Positions 26,057 through 38,729 of a stretch of 64,000 nucleotides of DNA are shown here, piece after piece. The position numbers and the translations under genes were made by a program. Position 1 is the first letter of the stretch. The number at the start of each line of letters is the position of its first letter. The DNA comes from Parasitella parasitica NRRL 2501. Lineage: Eukaryota > Fungi > Mucoromycota. The notes beneath the pieces are model-generated. The model did not search any database and was not told the origin of the DNA. It worked only from the letters and a program-made list of their open reading frames with translations. The stretch is from the NCBI GenBank assembly GCA_025201805.1, contig MU619242.1, positions 375,323 to 439,322 of the forward strand, in the 5' to 3' direction.

Positions 26057-27376
26057 ATGCCCATCCAAGAAATCGAAAAGTACCCATCCACAGGCCAAAG
26101 CTATGCTGATAGTTTCAAAGTAGAAGAAACCGTTATTGACGAGTGCATGGACGAAGAGTCGATTACTAATGAATTTGGACATGGCAATGGCACTTTTTTG
26201 ACTGGATATTTTAACGTTACATGCGTGGTTGCCGGTACTGGTACTCTTGGTCTTCCTCACGCATTTGCTCTTGGTGGCTGGCTAGGCATCCTCATCATGC
26301 TTCTCTCTTACGTTATGGCCATGTATTCTGGTGTTATTTTGATTCGTTGTCTATACGCTAAGCCTGGACAACGACTTCACGATTACAAGGCAATTGGCAC
26401 TGCTGCATTCGGCTGGCCTGGCTATGCAGTCGCTTCTTTTTTACATTGGCTCAATCTATTTGGTTGTCCAGCTCTTTATCTGGTGCTTGCCAGCAGTAAC
26501 TTGCATTACTTGCTCCGGGCTACTTCGGGTGCCCTTAATGTGAAGATCTGGACTTGCATAATCGGTGCTATCCTCTTGATCCCTTCTCTAGTTGCAAAAA
26601 CCTTGAAAGAAATCACAGGTTTGGCTGCCGTTGGAGCTATTTGTACCATGATTGCAGTTTTTATTGTCTTGGTCCAATCAACCATTGATAGCAACCATAG
26701 CAGTGAGCCTGCTGTTACTGATCCTGTCATTTGGACTGGTTTCCCTTCGGCCCTCGCAACGATTGCCTTTTCTTATGGTGGTAACAACACTTATCCTCAT
26801 GTTGAACATGCGCTCAAAAAGCCTCATCAATGGAAATGGGCCATCATTGCTGGTTTGAGTACTTGTACCTGCTTGTATTTCCTGACTGCTGTTCCTGGTT
26901 ATCATTCTTACGGTCGTGATACCGAGTCTCCCATTTACAACTCTTTGAACAATGAAGTCGCTAAAATGATTTCTATGATTGTGATGACTATTCATGTTAT
27001 CCTCGCTATTCCTATTTATACCACCTCTTTTTCGCTTGAATTCGAAAAGTGGGCAAACTTTACGGATGAAAGGCTGGGTCGGTTCAAGGCTTGGGTTGCT
27101 CGTGCTATTATTCGTACCTGTACAATGGGTGTCTTGGTCATCTTGGCCATCTTTATTCCATATTTTGACGATTTCATGGGCCTCATCGGTGCTCTTTCCA
27201 ACTGTGGCCTTGTATTTCTTTTGCCTATCCTGTGCTACCTGAAGCTCACGGGTATTCGCAACAAACCTTGGTATGAACTCGCTTTTTGCGCTTTGACTCT
27301 TTTCTTGGGTATCATTGGCTGCGTATTTGGGACAATCGATGCTATCAAGGCGCTCATCAACGATTTTACTCAATAA
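26057..27376 (+). CDS. Amino acid permease, AAAP/Aa_trans family
   Basis: Single-exon, about 11-TM protein with VVAGTGTLGLPHAF...GGWLG, IAFSYGGNNTYP and PYFDDFMGLIGA. Confidence 0.92.
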   Translation: MPIQEIEKYPSTGQSYADSFKVEETVIDECMDEESITNEFGHGNGTFLTGYFNVTCVVAGTGTLGLPHAFALGGWLGILIMLLSYVMAMYSGVILIRCLYAKPGQRLHDYKAIGTAAFGWPGYAVASFLHWLNLFGCPALYLVLASSNLHYLLRATSGALNVKIWTCIIGAILLIPSLVAKTLKEITGLAAVGAICTMIAVFIVLVQSTIDSNHSSEPAVTDPVIWTGFPSALATIAFSYGGNNTYPHVEHALKKPHQWKWAIIAGLSTCTCLYFLTAVPGYHSYGRDTESPIYNSLNNEVAKMISMIVMTIHVILAIPIYTTSFSLEFEKWANFTDERLGRFKAWVARAIIRTCTMGVLVILAIFIPYFDDFMGLIGALSNCGLVFLLPILCYLKLTGIRNKPWYELAFCALTLFLGIIGCVFGTIDAIKALINDFTQ

Positions 27377-27523
27377 TTCGTTAAATATACCTTATTTGTA
27401 TAGTGTATTTCTAATCAAACTTTCTGTATATACATTGCTTCAATAAAAACATTGCTGATCTCTCACTATCAATTTCGCTTTGAAATTAACATTGCATTGT
27501 TTGATCAAAATTTTACCCATGTG

Positions 27524-28033
27524 NNNNNNNNNNNNNNNNNNNNNNNNNNNNNNNNNNNNNNNNNNNNNNNNNNNNNNNNNNNNNNNNNNNNNNNNNNNNN
27601 NNNNNNNNNNNNNNNNNNNNNNNNNNNNNNNNNNNNNNNNNNNNNNNNNNNNNNNNNNNNNNNNNNNNNNNNNNNNNNNNNNNNNNNNNNNNNNNNNNNN
27701 NNNNNNNNNNNNNNNNNNNNNNNNNNNNNNNNNNNNNNNNNNNNNNNNNNNNNNNNNNNNNNNNNNNNNNNNNNNNNNNNNNNNNNNNNNNNNNNNNNNN
27801 NNNNNNNNNNNNNNNNNNNNNNNNNNNNNNNNNNNNNNNNNNNNNNNNNNNNNNNNNNNNNNNNNNNNNNNNNNNNNNNNNNNNNNNNNNNNNNNNNNNN
27901 NNNNNNNNNNNNNNNNNNNNNNNNNNNNNNNNNNNNNNNNNNNNNNNNNNNNNNNNNNNNNNNNNNNNNNNNNNNNNNNNNNNNNNNNNNNNNNNNNNNN
28001 NNNNNNNNNNNNNNNNNNNNNNNNNNNNNNNNN
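27524..28033. other. Assembly gap (510 N)
   Basis: Run of N. Confidence 1.
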
Positions 28034-28815
28034 TTTTTTGAATGTGCAGATGGGCGAGTTTTTAAGCTAAAAATTTCTTTATAGACCAAAGCACCAATAA
28101 ATGCCAAATGTATTAATAGCGTTTGAGATTTTGACAATGCATGCTGGAGTGCGATGTCACAGTCATATTATTTTGCTCCAGTACGCCCAATTTGGCCCTG
28201 GGCATGTAGACTGTCGGCTTTAAACCTTAATGCGAGCTTTCAGATGAGTGTTTGATGCAATTGAACTCTATAATTCATAATTTGAAAGGGCCATTGTTTC
28301 AGAGTTGCAAGGAGGATTGGAGCTAAAATATAACAAAGTGAAAGTCAGCCATTGTGTCGATACATGCAATACAACGAAAGCTTAAAATAGAGACTGATAG
28401 GTTATTTAAAGCAACATTGTAAATAATGAGTCAGTGTACATTGTGACGACAAGACAACAATAGCTGGCTCAGCTGCACTAGTTGCACTCGCTTTTTCAGC
28501 GTCGTTACAATGGCTTTCAATATGCTCAAAATAGAACATTCGGCCAAACTGTATTGCAAACAATGAAAGCAGATGGAACAATGGCAAGGTTTAGGGCATA
28601 TCTTTAACGTGTCGTTCCTGGATCACATCAATAAAAGCTGACAAAATGAAAACAATCAACCAATTTAGTTTACCCACCGTTAAACATCTAATCAGTCACG
28701 TATATGTCTTGAGTCAGCATTTTCTCTTGAAAGCAAGAACTTTAAAACTGGATTTTCCCAAATGCCTCTTTCTCCCCCTCTTTTCCTCACTTTTATAAAA
28801 AAAAAAACATTACAT

Positions 28816-29910
28816 ATGGCAGCTATTACAAAAGAAACATTGCCTCCCGTAGGCCATGCCGCTGCTGGTTCTGCCGGCGCCATGTTTGCGTCTACGCTTG
28901 TGTATCCTCTTGACATGTGAGTCCAAGTTTGTCTTGTTTTGAGTTTTAATTTAACCTCAACAAATATCATTGTACACAGCATTAAAACCAGAATTCAAGT
29001 GCAAACAAAAAGCGGAAAATCCAGCGACGATACGCAAGAGCACTATGCATCCGCCTGGGACGGCATAACACAAATTGTGAAGAAGGAGGGCATCTCGGGC
29101 CTCTATGCTGGGCTCGGCTCATCCTTGATCGGGACAGCAGCAACCAACTTTACCTACTTTTACTGCTATTCCATGATCAGAGAGAATTACAACAAGAAAT
29201 ACAATCCTCGCGGCGGCACTTTGTCCACAGCACTAGAACTCGTTCTCGGTGCAGCAGCTGGCGCATTAACCACACTCATCACCACACCTGTTTCCGTCAT
29301 CACTACCCGCCAGCAAACATTGCCGGCTGCAGAGAGAGAAGGCGTCCTTGCAACATGTAAGTCTATCATTTCTGAGGAGGGCATACAAGGATTGTGGAGA
29401 GGCATCCAGCCCTCTCTTATCCTGTGCGTCAATCCTGCTATTACGTATGGCAGTTTTGAAAAGATCAAGCAGATTGTCCTCAAGGTATTTAAATTGCAAC
29501 TTACTCCCGGCGTCAATTTCCTTGTTGGTGCTCTTTCGAAAACCTTGGCTACCGTCATCACCTACCCTTACATCATGGCCAAGGTGCGCCTCCAATGGAG
29601 ACCTTCCAAAGAAATGAAAGATAAAGTAGTCGCTTATAAGGGCTCCGTGGATGTTCTTGCCCGTGTGCTCAAAAACGATGGTTTCTTTGGCTGGTACAAG
29701 GTAAGATGAGCGAGAGAAAGAGAGAGAGAGACACACACACACAGAAAATTTCATAATGCTAAATCTTGCTGTTTCTAGGGTATGAGCACACAGATTACAA
29801 AGGCTGTTTTACAACAAGCTTTATTGTTTGTGATGAAAGACATCTTTACCAACTATACTGTCCTGGCATTTGCTCTTATTAAGGCATCGCAAAGAGCCAA
29901 GTCAGCATAA
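28816..29910 (+). CDS. ANT1: Peroxisomal adenine nucleotide carrier (mitochondrial carrier family, Ant1/SLC25A17-like)
   Basis: Three carrier repeats: YPLDIIKTRIQ, TPVSVITTRQQ and YPYIMAKVRLQ; also LCVNPAITYGSFE. Two introns. Confidence 0.8.
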
Positions 29911-31166
29911 AAAGCATTTGGCTCCCTTTTGCATCTTTTCTGTCGCCTATAGACTAATAGAATGCTTTTATTTAGAACTCGTCGATAATGTGATTTTCCG
30001 CTCTACATCTTGATTTCCTATTTTCCAATGGCTAACTGGCCTTTCTGCTATTTAAATAAATTTTTTCTTTTTTCTTTGCATGGTGTATGATGTCTTGATA
30101 TGAAACACAATCATTAGTCTTGAATTTTCGAGCTTGTTTGTGTCAGAGGGAACGTTTTGCATCTATTAGTTTCGGCCATTTATGCGACACAGAGTTAAAC
30201 AGGATCACTCAAAACCCAGAGGGCGAGAAAACGTTAGCATGACCAAACAATGCCGCTGATGACTACAAAGACCACCTTGGATAAAGCACATCAAGAAAAG
30301 CCGTTGGCACTCGATCAATAGCGATTAGGAATACTGTAACTATCTAACCCACATGTCGTTGCGATGTTTCTCCTGCATCTAGTATATATCAATCAACTAT
30401 TCCCACCTATTTAGAATGAATTGGGGTGTGATAGGCTTGTTTCTACCACAACCAACTAAAATCGATTTTTCGTTTTGAATGTGAATGTTTGAATGGTAAT
30501 CGTATTTGCAAATGGCATTTTCTTGCATCAGTACTCAAGCAATAGCAAATCCCTAGCCCAACTTTCCAAACAATTGCTGTTTTAACAAAAGCCAGTCGCT
30601 ACAAATTCTAATTTCGGTATTTGCACCTGGCAATAGCCTTTATCAATCAAGTTTTCAAAACGCATCAGCAGCGTTTGATTTCGACTCTCGATGCACATTA
30701 TTGGGCTTGCTCAACGCTAGAAAGCATAACTGATTACTTTTGCTGCTGCTGCTGCTGCTGCTGCTGCTTGCTTTGCTCAGATTAGTGATACCATCACCAA
30801 TTTATTGTCATTGCCATTACCCGCATATACCAGGCTACCGACGCTAAAGAATATTGAGCTTGTTGGGTAATTCTCTGGATCGAATCATTGCATTTCAGCG
30901 CTGCAATTATCAGCTTTTCGCGTACTTGATAGTTTTACTGTTGGCGATTTATAATCAAGTCGTCCAACAGGCAATCATGAGAGATTCTTATGCTAGTAAA
31001 CCACGTGATTAGCAGCAGCGCTTCCTTTCACAACAAAGAAACTCCCCTTTTGTTTTTGTTTTTGTTTTCAAAACAGGCTTTTCTTTTGTTTAATACCAAG
31101 GTAAGGAAAATGAATACGACTCTCTAGAGACTGCATGCTGAGCAAGCTTAAATAATGCATAGCGCA

Positions 31167-31833
31167 ATGGACGACACTTCACGTCAAAAGCCTCAAAACA
31201 ACAAGCAGCACACATCTCCTACGTTTGGCAAAAAGACGCTGGACTCCATTGTAGGCAGGGCCATCAAGTTCAAGACGGCCTCCAATGAAGAGATTGAAGG
31301 GCTCGTCTACACATATGATCGCACTACTAATTGCATTGCTATTGATAGCTCGCCACAAACGCCATCCACCAGCACAGCAGCAGCAGCAGGACGCAACCTC
31401 TCTTTCCGCATCATCAAGATATCCCATATCAAAGAGATCATCTCCCTGGGAGACGGCATCAGCAACAAGAAGGACTATTTGCCTGTTAATCGAGTGCAAG
31501 TTGATCGTCTAAAGGTCCGCGAATCAGAAGCATTAAAAGGGTTCCAAAGCCAAGTGTCCAAGATTGGAGTTGGAGTAACCAAGGAGGGACAGGATATATT
31601 CAATGCCTTGAGCAAAACATTGCCGTGCCGATGGTCAAAAGAGACGATTGTGGTGATGGATGAAATACTGATTACACCACCTTATGGAATCGACGACTGC
31701 AAAGCTAATGCGTCATCTGCTGCCTCGCTTACCCGAGTCAAGAAAGTGGTAAGTGGATTTAACGTTAGAGAAAATGCATGTAGGACTAACGTTTTCTCAG
31801 CTTGAAGGAGAGAGAAAAAGACTTGTGAAATAA
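31167..31833 (+). CDS. LSM12: LSM12-like protein (LSm plus AD domain)
   Basis: EEIEGLVYTYD, FRIIKISHIKEI, KIGVGVTKEGQDIFNALSKTLPCRW, IVVMDEILITPPY and RVKKV|LEGERKRL. Confidence 0.88.
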
Positions 31834-31996
31834 ACATGATTCAGGCACAATAACATTTTTTTTTTTTTTTTTTTTTTTTCATGTTGTAGTAACCAACATC
31901 ACGCGCACTGTAAGCTTATTGTTGTATTAAAAAAAGTGTTTTCAGGCTTTCTTTTCTCTTTCTTTTTTTCTTCTTTCTTTAGCTCCATCAAACAGC

Positions 31997-33046
31997 ATGG
32001 TGCATTCGTTTTCCAAGTGCCCTTTGCGGTCATCTTGTCTTGTTATAACAAATCACTCAAATCAGCATATTGTGACAGCAACAGACGAAGTTCTGGATTT
32101 GCTAGGCTACTCCTTGCCTGAAATTATGGACCATTCCATACAGCAATGCCTTGATTTAAAGCTATCAACAGAAGTATCTTGCATACCCCAGTGCAAGATA
32201 CGACATGCCAACGGATACATGCTTAATTTCCAGGTGTGCATACATCAAGATCCGCTCGGAAGCTCCAGTTGCTTGGATTACTGGCTGATTCGGTTGTCGG
32301 ATGATACCGAAAAAATTCACACCAATACAAGGTCCGTGCTTTGCTTGAGCCCGTTTGGCACGGTTGAACAGATACAAGCATCCCCTCTGCTAAAACAGCC
32401 CGTCAGCGAGCTAGTGGGAAGACCTGTGATGGCATTTGTATATAAAGATGATGTGGAGCTATTGTGCTCCAGCCTATCCAAGTTGTGCTCGGCGCACAGA
32501 CGAGAACCTCGTCCCATGGATCCACTGTTCATTCGATGGTCAAACTTGCCCTATTTGTTATCTACATCCATGCTAGATCAAGAAAATAGCCTGAATTACG
32601 ATTGGATGTCTTTAACGCTCATGTCTAATACCAATAGACGACCAATCTGCATTTTACAGCCATTGCAAATACCCACGACAGCTTCAGCTTGTGAGGAGAT
32701 ATTATTGGTGTCGGATTATTCTGTATTTGGGCAATTACTAGACTACTGCGAATGCATAGTTCAATTAGCACAAGGCAGCAAGATTTATATTGCCGAATTT
32801 TTCCATCATGTTGTGTGCAATCTCATGAATCTATTGCCTGTATCTATGCAACAATATCCAGCGTTGAAACCGAGAAATCAGCATGTTGATGCCCTATGCG
32901 CCGCAGCCGATAGTAAAAGCAATGCTGTTTGGAATTTCATTAAATCTAACTGCTTTTTACATAAATCTCTAACAATACTGGAATTTACTGGCATCTTTGA
33001 TCAACAGCATTATTTTAAAACTTGTATGGAAACTGTATCTAATTGA
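31997..33046 (+). CDS. Hypothetical protein with two PAS-like segments
   Basis: 349-aa ORF with DLLGYSLPEIMDHSI and LLKQPVSELVGRPVMAFVYKDDVELL, both resembling PAS cores. Confidence 0.65.
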   Translation: MVHSFSKCPLRSSCLVITNHSNQHIVTATDEVLDLLGYSLPEIMDHSIQQCLDLKLSTEVSCIPQCKIRHANGYMLNFQVCIHQDPLGSSSCLDYWLIRLSDDTEKIHTNTRSVLCLSPFGTVEQIQASPLLKQPVSELVGRPVMAFVYKDDVELLCSSLSKLCSAHRREPRPMDPLFIRWSNLPYLLSTSMLDQENSLNYDWMSLTLMSNTNRRPICILQPLQIPTTASACEEILLVSDYSVFGQLLDYCECIVQLAQGSKIYIAEFFHHVVCNLMNLLPVSMQQYPALKPRNQHVDALCAAADSKSNAVWNFIKSNCFLHKSLTILEFTGIFDQQHYFKTCMETVSN

Positions 33047-33165
33047 TTATCATTGGACCAAACATCCAATAAAGTACGCGGTTGTGATTTTACTCGTTTT
33101 TTTTTTTTTTTTTTNNNNNNNNNNTTCTTTCTTCTTCCTCGTCATCCTCTTTATCCAGCAGAAAC

Positions 33166-34187
33166 ATGACAGAATTAACAGATCAAGAAAAGACTGAACG
33201 TCGCAGACAAAAGCGCCAACAGCGTATTTTGCAAGCAGGTGAAAGTCGTCTTGGTAAAATTACTGGAACTGCATTTCGTAAGCGATATTCTTCCTCGGTG
33301 ATGGGCGTCAGTATTAACTTTATATCCTGTAAGCTAATCGTGCTTCTGTATCTCCCTCACCGTCGCCATCACCATCTACGTCATCTATCAGTAAATCAAC
33401 AAGCACACCCGCTGCCAGTACATCGCCTTCCTTTCGCACACAACGTAGAGATAGTGATGATCCCAGCGAAGAGCTAGGTGCTCCGCAACCTCTGAATGAC
33501 ATGAACAGTATAATGAATCAGCAATTTGCAAGTATGTTTGGTAATGTATCGGGCGTGCCAGGTAGCGAAGGTAAGGCGTTTAATTAGGCCGCTCAAACGA
33601 AAGCAGGAGCTAATCAAAGCACACAAGGCCAGAACATGGATCCATTTCAACAATTGTTTGCCAACGCAGCAGCAGCTGGTGGCAATGGCGAAAATGGCGG
33701 ATTTAACCCTGCTGCTTTACTAGCTACTATGGCTGGTGGAGCAGGCGCGGGTGCTCAGCCTATGACGGAGGAGCAGCAAAAGCTGGATCAATCGCAAAAG
33801 TATTGGAATTTGGTGCATTTTGTCATGATGGTTTTGCTGGGTTTTTATGCGGTGTATATCGAATGGACACGGGCTGGATCAGAGAGATTTGCCTCACTCT
33901 TATCAAGCAATGCAGGCGTAGCAGGTTATCCTGCGATTCACGTACCATTGTTTTGGTACTTTGTCACAATCGAGTTAGGCCTGCAATCAGCCCGACTGTT
34001 TTATCAGCAAGGCACAATGCATTCCACATCCACAATTGCATCACTGGCAACCCAATTACCTCATCCATTTGGTAACATTATCACTATCTTTTTACGTTAT
34101 CGTTTGATATGGACATGTCTCTCGCAAGACATTTGTATACTAGTATTCATTATTGGCCTATCCCAAGTGATGTCCAATGTATTCTAA
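33166..34187 (+). CDS. GET2: GET complex subunit Get2/CAML-like
   Basis: N-terminal ERRRQKRQQRILQAGESRLGKITG, low-complexity linker and three C-terminal TM segments ending QDICILVFIIGL. Two introns. Confidence 0.8.
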
Positions 34188-34307
34188 GGAATAAAACCAA
34201 AATTCATAGATTATTTTCAACATGTAAAAAAGGTTTATTAGGTTATTATACAGGGCACACACATATATGTGTCTTTTTTTGCTTTCCAGAGATACCCCCT
34301 CTATCTA

Positions 34308-34766
34308 CTAGGGTGTGGCAGCAAACACTTGATCTACGATAACGTTAGAATGAACTCTAGGGATTTCAATGACTTTGGAGCTCCCGTTAGCTACAGACAA
34401 TTGTTAGACAGAAAAAAGCGACATGTACCACAAATGCACTTACAGAAATGAACAGCAATAGTGGGCTTGATTGAGACATCCAATGTCTTGTAAACCTCAT
34501 ATTCAATATGGGGATTGTTGTATCTGATACGAGGGAGGTTCTCTTGTAAAAAGTGTCTACGATTATATATACATATGTATATTTTTAGCTATCGACTGCG
34601 GATTCCACTGATACACAACATACCTGGCACCTGCACTTTCATTCTTTCCCTTTGATGCAAAAGTCAACGCAATCTTTGATACATTAGAGGGTAATCTAGC
34701 GGCACCAGGGCCAGAGGACAAGTGCTTTAGTATCTCTTTTGTGCTTTGTGCTGCTCTTAATGACAT
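34308..34766 (-). CDS. Mitochondrial ribosomal protein, L51/S25/CI-B8 family (Mrp49/mS25-like)
   Basis: GPGAARLP...GAR|HFLQENLPRIRYNNP...PTIAVHF. Three exons; stop at 34308. Confidence 0.82.
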
Positions 34767-35786
34767 GTTTGACGTGAGGTGTGGTAAAAAGAGGTTGGAT
34801 GTTCGACCAGGGACTTTTAATTGAAAGGGTCAGAGCACTGTGCGGTCACACTGGGTCCACTACACAAGTAATTAGGATCAGAACTCGAACTACCTAATCA
34901 GATCCTTCAGTGAATTTGTACTGATCAAAACTCTGTCTGCAACTACAATATTCTAATATTTTCTCATTTACAATGCGTCTATATGAACAAAGATTTCTTG
35001 ATTATTTTTCATACATCTCATCTTACCACACTGAAACGTCTACAAGACCTGCTGTGTTTTTCCTTTTAAAGCTTCTTGTGAAGGCTATACTATTGACTAT
35101 ATAGGACAAAACTTGTAGCAAACGCTTATACAGGCATTCTTATTCATAATCAGTTGTGCAGGAATAGACAGCTTGAAATATTATGAAGAGAACATATATG
35201 GGTGTATGTGTTTGTGTATACGCCTTTATGTAATCTAGTGTAAATATGTGTTTAAACTGAACATAGGTTTGTTGGCCTGATTAATAGGGCGTATCATTCT
35301 AACAGTCGATAGCCCTATAAAATGCACCTCTTTACAAAAAAATTACAACATACATACGAGTGCAATGGATGTTAGTTATAAGAGTAGACTAGCAGAGTTC
35401 CAAGGCGACATGCACACAAACACAGAAGCTAAAAATGCAGTAATAGGAATATCTTTACTCAAGTATAAACATATGAGTATGCGTAAACTTCTTTGTAAGA
35501 TTAATACAGATTATAATAAGGACATGGACAGAAAACATTACTGACGGCTCCTTTCTTTAGTAAACCAAAATGAACAAATACAAACAATTGTTGAGAAATA
35601 CGATAAACGCAAATGTTAGTCTCCACTGCATCATGACTCTATAATGTTGATGATACAGAGAGCGCTATCGGTACATTTATTTAATAGAATTACATTGAAT
35701 TTATAACGGTTGATATCAGCTAGAACAAAACTGGGTAATTAAAAAGTAACAGATCGTGGAATAAGAGAGACAGCGAGATATGTGGA

Positions 35787-36631
35787 TTAAGCTTTAGAAC
35801 GATAAGCGCTACCCTTGGTTTTGCCGAGACATTCGGCAACAGAAACAAACTTGTAAGTCTTTTTGCCTTTGATGTAAGAGATAACCCAAGGAACCAACTT
35901 TTCAACAGTCTTTTGGTGGACATCGTGTTGGAGAGCAATATGACCATGAGGCTTGGTCTTGGAATCCTTCTCGATAACATCCTTAAAGTTCTTTTGCTCG
36001 TTAGAAAGGTCGGAGATGCCGCTGTATCTCCAATCATTGGAGTCGATATCCCAGAGGATGGCAGTGTAGCCAAGCTCGCCAAGAGTCTTGAGAGTAGCGG
36101 TATTATAAGAACCAAGAGGAGGGCGCATGTAAGTGGGGTTCTTGCCGATGACGGAACGAAAGATTGTCTCAAGCTTTTGCATTTCAGACTTGACTGTGGC
36201 AGCACTTTGACTAGCGAGGTCAACATGGTTATAGGTGTGGCTAGCAAGCTGATGGCCAGAATCGTAGACGTGCTTGATAACTTGCTTGTAGGTCTTGGTA
36301 CCAGCAGAAGTCATTACGGACTGAGTGTTGACATCACTACATAAATACAGACGTTGAATACAGTAGACATTAATAGCCATTTACAGGGTACTTACACCCA
36401 ATTTTTGCCATTCATAAAGAAGGTAGCAACAACACCCTCCTTTTTGAGGGTTTCGGCCAAAGCCCAAGTGTACTCGTAGGGCCCATCGTCAAAAGTCAGT
36501 GCGATAGTGCCAGGAACAGTACAAGTGGTGATAACCTTGGCGGCGGCGGTGGCCCTCTTTTCAAGAGGAGCAGGGGCGGCGGAAACGGCGGTGGCGACTG
36601 CAGCCAAGGCGACAAGGAATGAGGAACGCAT
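35787..36631 (-). CDS. Secreted chitin/polysaccharide deacetylase (CE4, NodB)
   Basis: Signal peptide and LEKR Kex2 site. Motifs TFDDGP, HTYNH, RPPLG, DSNDW and LQHD. One intron. Confidence 0.93.
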
Positions 36632-38729
36632 GTTTAAAGGAAATTTGATAAAGAAGAGAGTGTATTTCAGCAAGATGAAGATCAATGCACCAAGCTGCTG
36701 CATATCATCTCTTTTTATACCTTTTTTTCTCTTTTAGAAATCAACGGTTTCTCGTGAGATCCATAATTCTTGTACGCCATACGATTGACTGTTGTCTCGA
36801 TTAGCAGAGATGCTCTCCCTATTTTCGCACCAAGTCCTCTCGCTTCGCTAACAGACACTGTATGCTACTCGGCGTAAGTGTCGGCCCAAGGCGACTGGCA
36901 ATGATAGTGCAAGCATAGGCTATACTTTCAGTCAGATATCCGTATGAACAGGGATCGCAAATAAGACTCTCATTTGTGAGTTCAGTCGATCAACTCTCCT
37001 TCTAAACGTAAGACTGCATGTTTGTACCATGTTTGTGTGCACAAATGCTTCAATTCCTTATTGGAAGCAATTTTTAGCTGTATCTAGATACTCCATCGAG
37101 ACAACACACAAGCGACTCGTACCACAAGACGGTTGATGCTTTTTTTAGATCTTGTTTTACCACGTTTTGATGTACCTTTTTACCTGGTATTTGTTGTCGT
37201 ACTGCGTCCACCCTTTTTTTATTATTATTTATTTTTTTGATAGACAGGCTGTGCGACCTTTAGCTGCGAACGAGTTTGCTTGCTGCATCATACATCCCTT
37301 CAATGCACGAAAGTCTCAGACGGCGGAAACGTTACAAGAAAGAGAGTGCAGATAGCGGTTCTCCCTTTTCTTTGCAACGCTTGCAACCATTGCTGCAAGC
37401 ATCCGCGATGATTTCAACAGGTGCAGGGTACATCGAAACACATCGAAACATTTCAGTGTCCTTAATTTTTCTCGTGATAATGCAGCTACAAAGTCGGCGC
37501 ATGTACAAAACGACTAATTAAGCACAGTACGCGTGAAAAAGTACAGCTTGGGGGGGTAGATGTGGTCAAGTCTGGTTTTTGTAGCCACAGTTGCTTTATG
37601 ATGCCCCATTGGACGAGGACTATTATTGGCAGGATATGGATGAGATTACAATCACTGTCTTGTAGTCTCTGAATGATTTTTTTGACGGTCAAAATGGCAA
37701 AAATACCATGACATGTGCAGTCTTTTCTTGATCGAGTTTTCAATAGCATAATACAAGGACAAGACATATCCTTGGGTAAGCGACGCCGGCATCTCTCTAG
37801 TCGATGGCACCGAGAGCGTCGGCTCCATACCATACACTACTCACTGCCCTCTTCTGGCTCCAAAAGCTTCAAGCACACCACGTTTGGCGATTTCCTTTTG
37901 ATCCTTCTTCCGCTGATTGTCTATTTTTAAAACCACACAATTTCTCTATTTGATGCATAATTTGTGCTACTAAAAAAAACCAAAAAAAAACCAAAAAGAA
38001 CGCTCCTTGCAATTGTATAGACAGAAACGTGTTTTTGACAGACTTGAAATCAGATACAGTCCACGGCGAAAACTATACGGACATTCCCAATAATGGCTTG
38101 TTCTAGCTAGATGACAAAAATAGCTCAAACAGCGATTACGATGGTATATTATATATACACAAGCATGATACAAGCAGCCAGCAAAGGCGTGCTCCCCATC
38201 TACCCAAATGCTATTTTTAAGCTATTAAATTTTGAATTGGTGATGATCCAATATATTTACCAGGCACACAAAATGCAAATTGTTGCACCGACTATGGAGT
38301 AAAAGCTCTTGTCCGTAATTATTGGCATGACCTGAGCCGGGCACCTTTTTTTTTTTTTTTTTCATATGTTATCCAGCAGTAGCAGCCAGACCCAGTATTT
38401 AGTAAGACAGAGAGGAGAGAGGAGAGGGTAGGATAGGATGTATAGATATTTCAGTGAGGGCTACTGGTTGGAATTTTTTGACATGCAAGATTTATAATAA
38501 AAATAATCCGGGTAATAAAACACCTGTTAACAATGCAGCCAGTATTAATGGCATCAAATGGATCTTGACAAACACAAAAAAGACTTGCTCTTTGAGTTTG
38601 GCTGTAGATCTAGGTTTCAGTCATTGACATATTATACTGATGCCGGTGGGGATATTTGGTGCCTTCTACTAAAGTCACATTCAAAACGCACTGAAAAATA
38701 TTTTACCTTTTCAACTGCTTTTAGCATCA

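Noticed and set aside
27452-28137. ORFs spanning N runs (also 44325-44693)
   Set aside because: Artefacts of assembly gaps.
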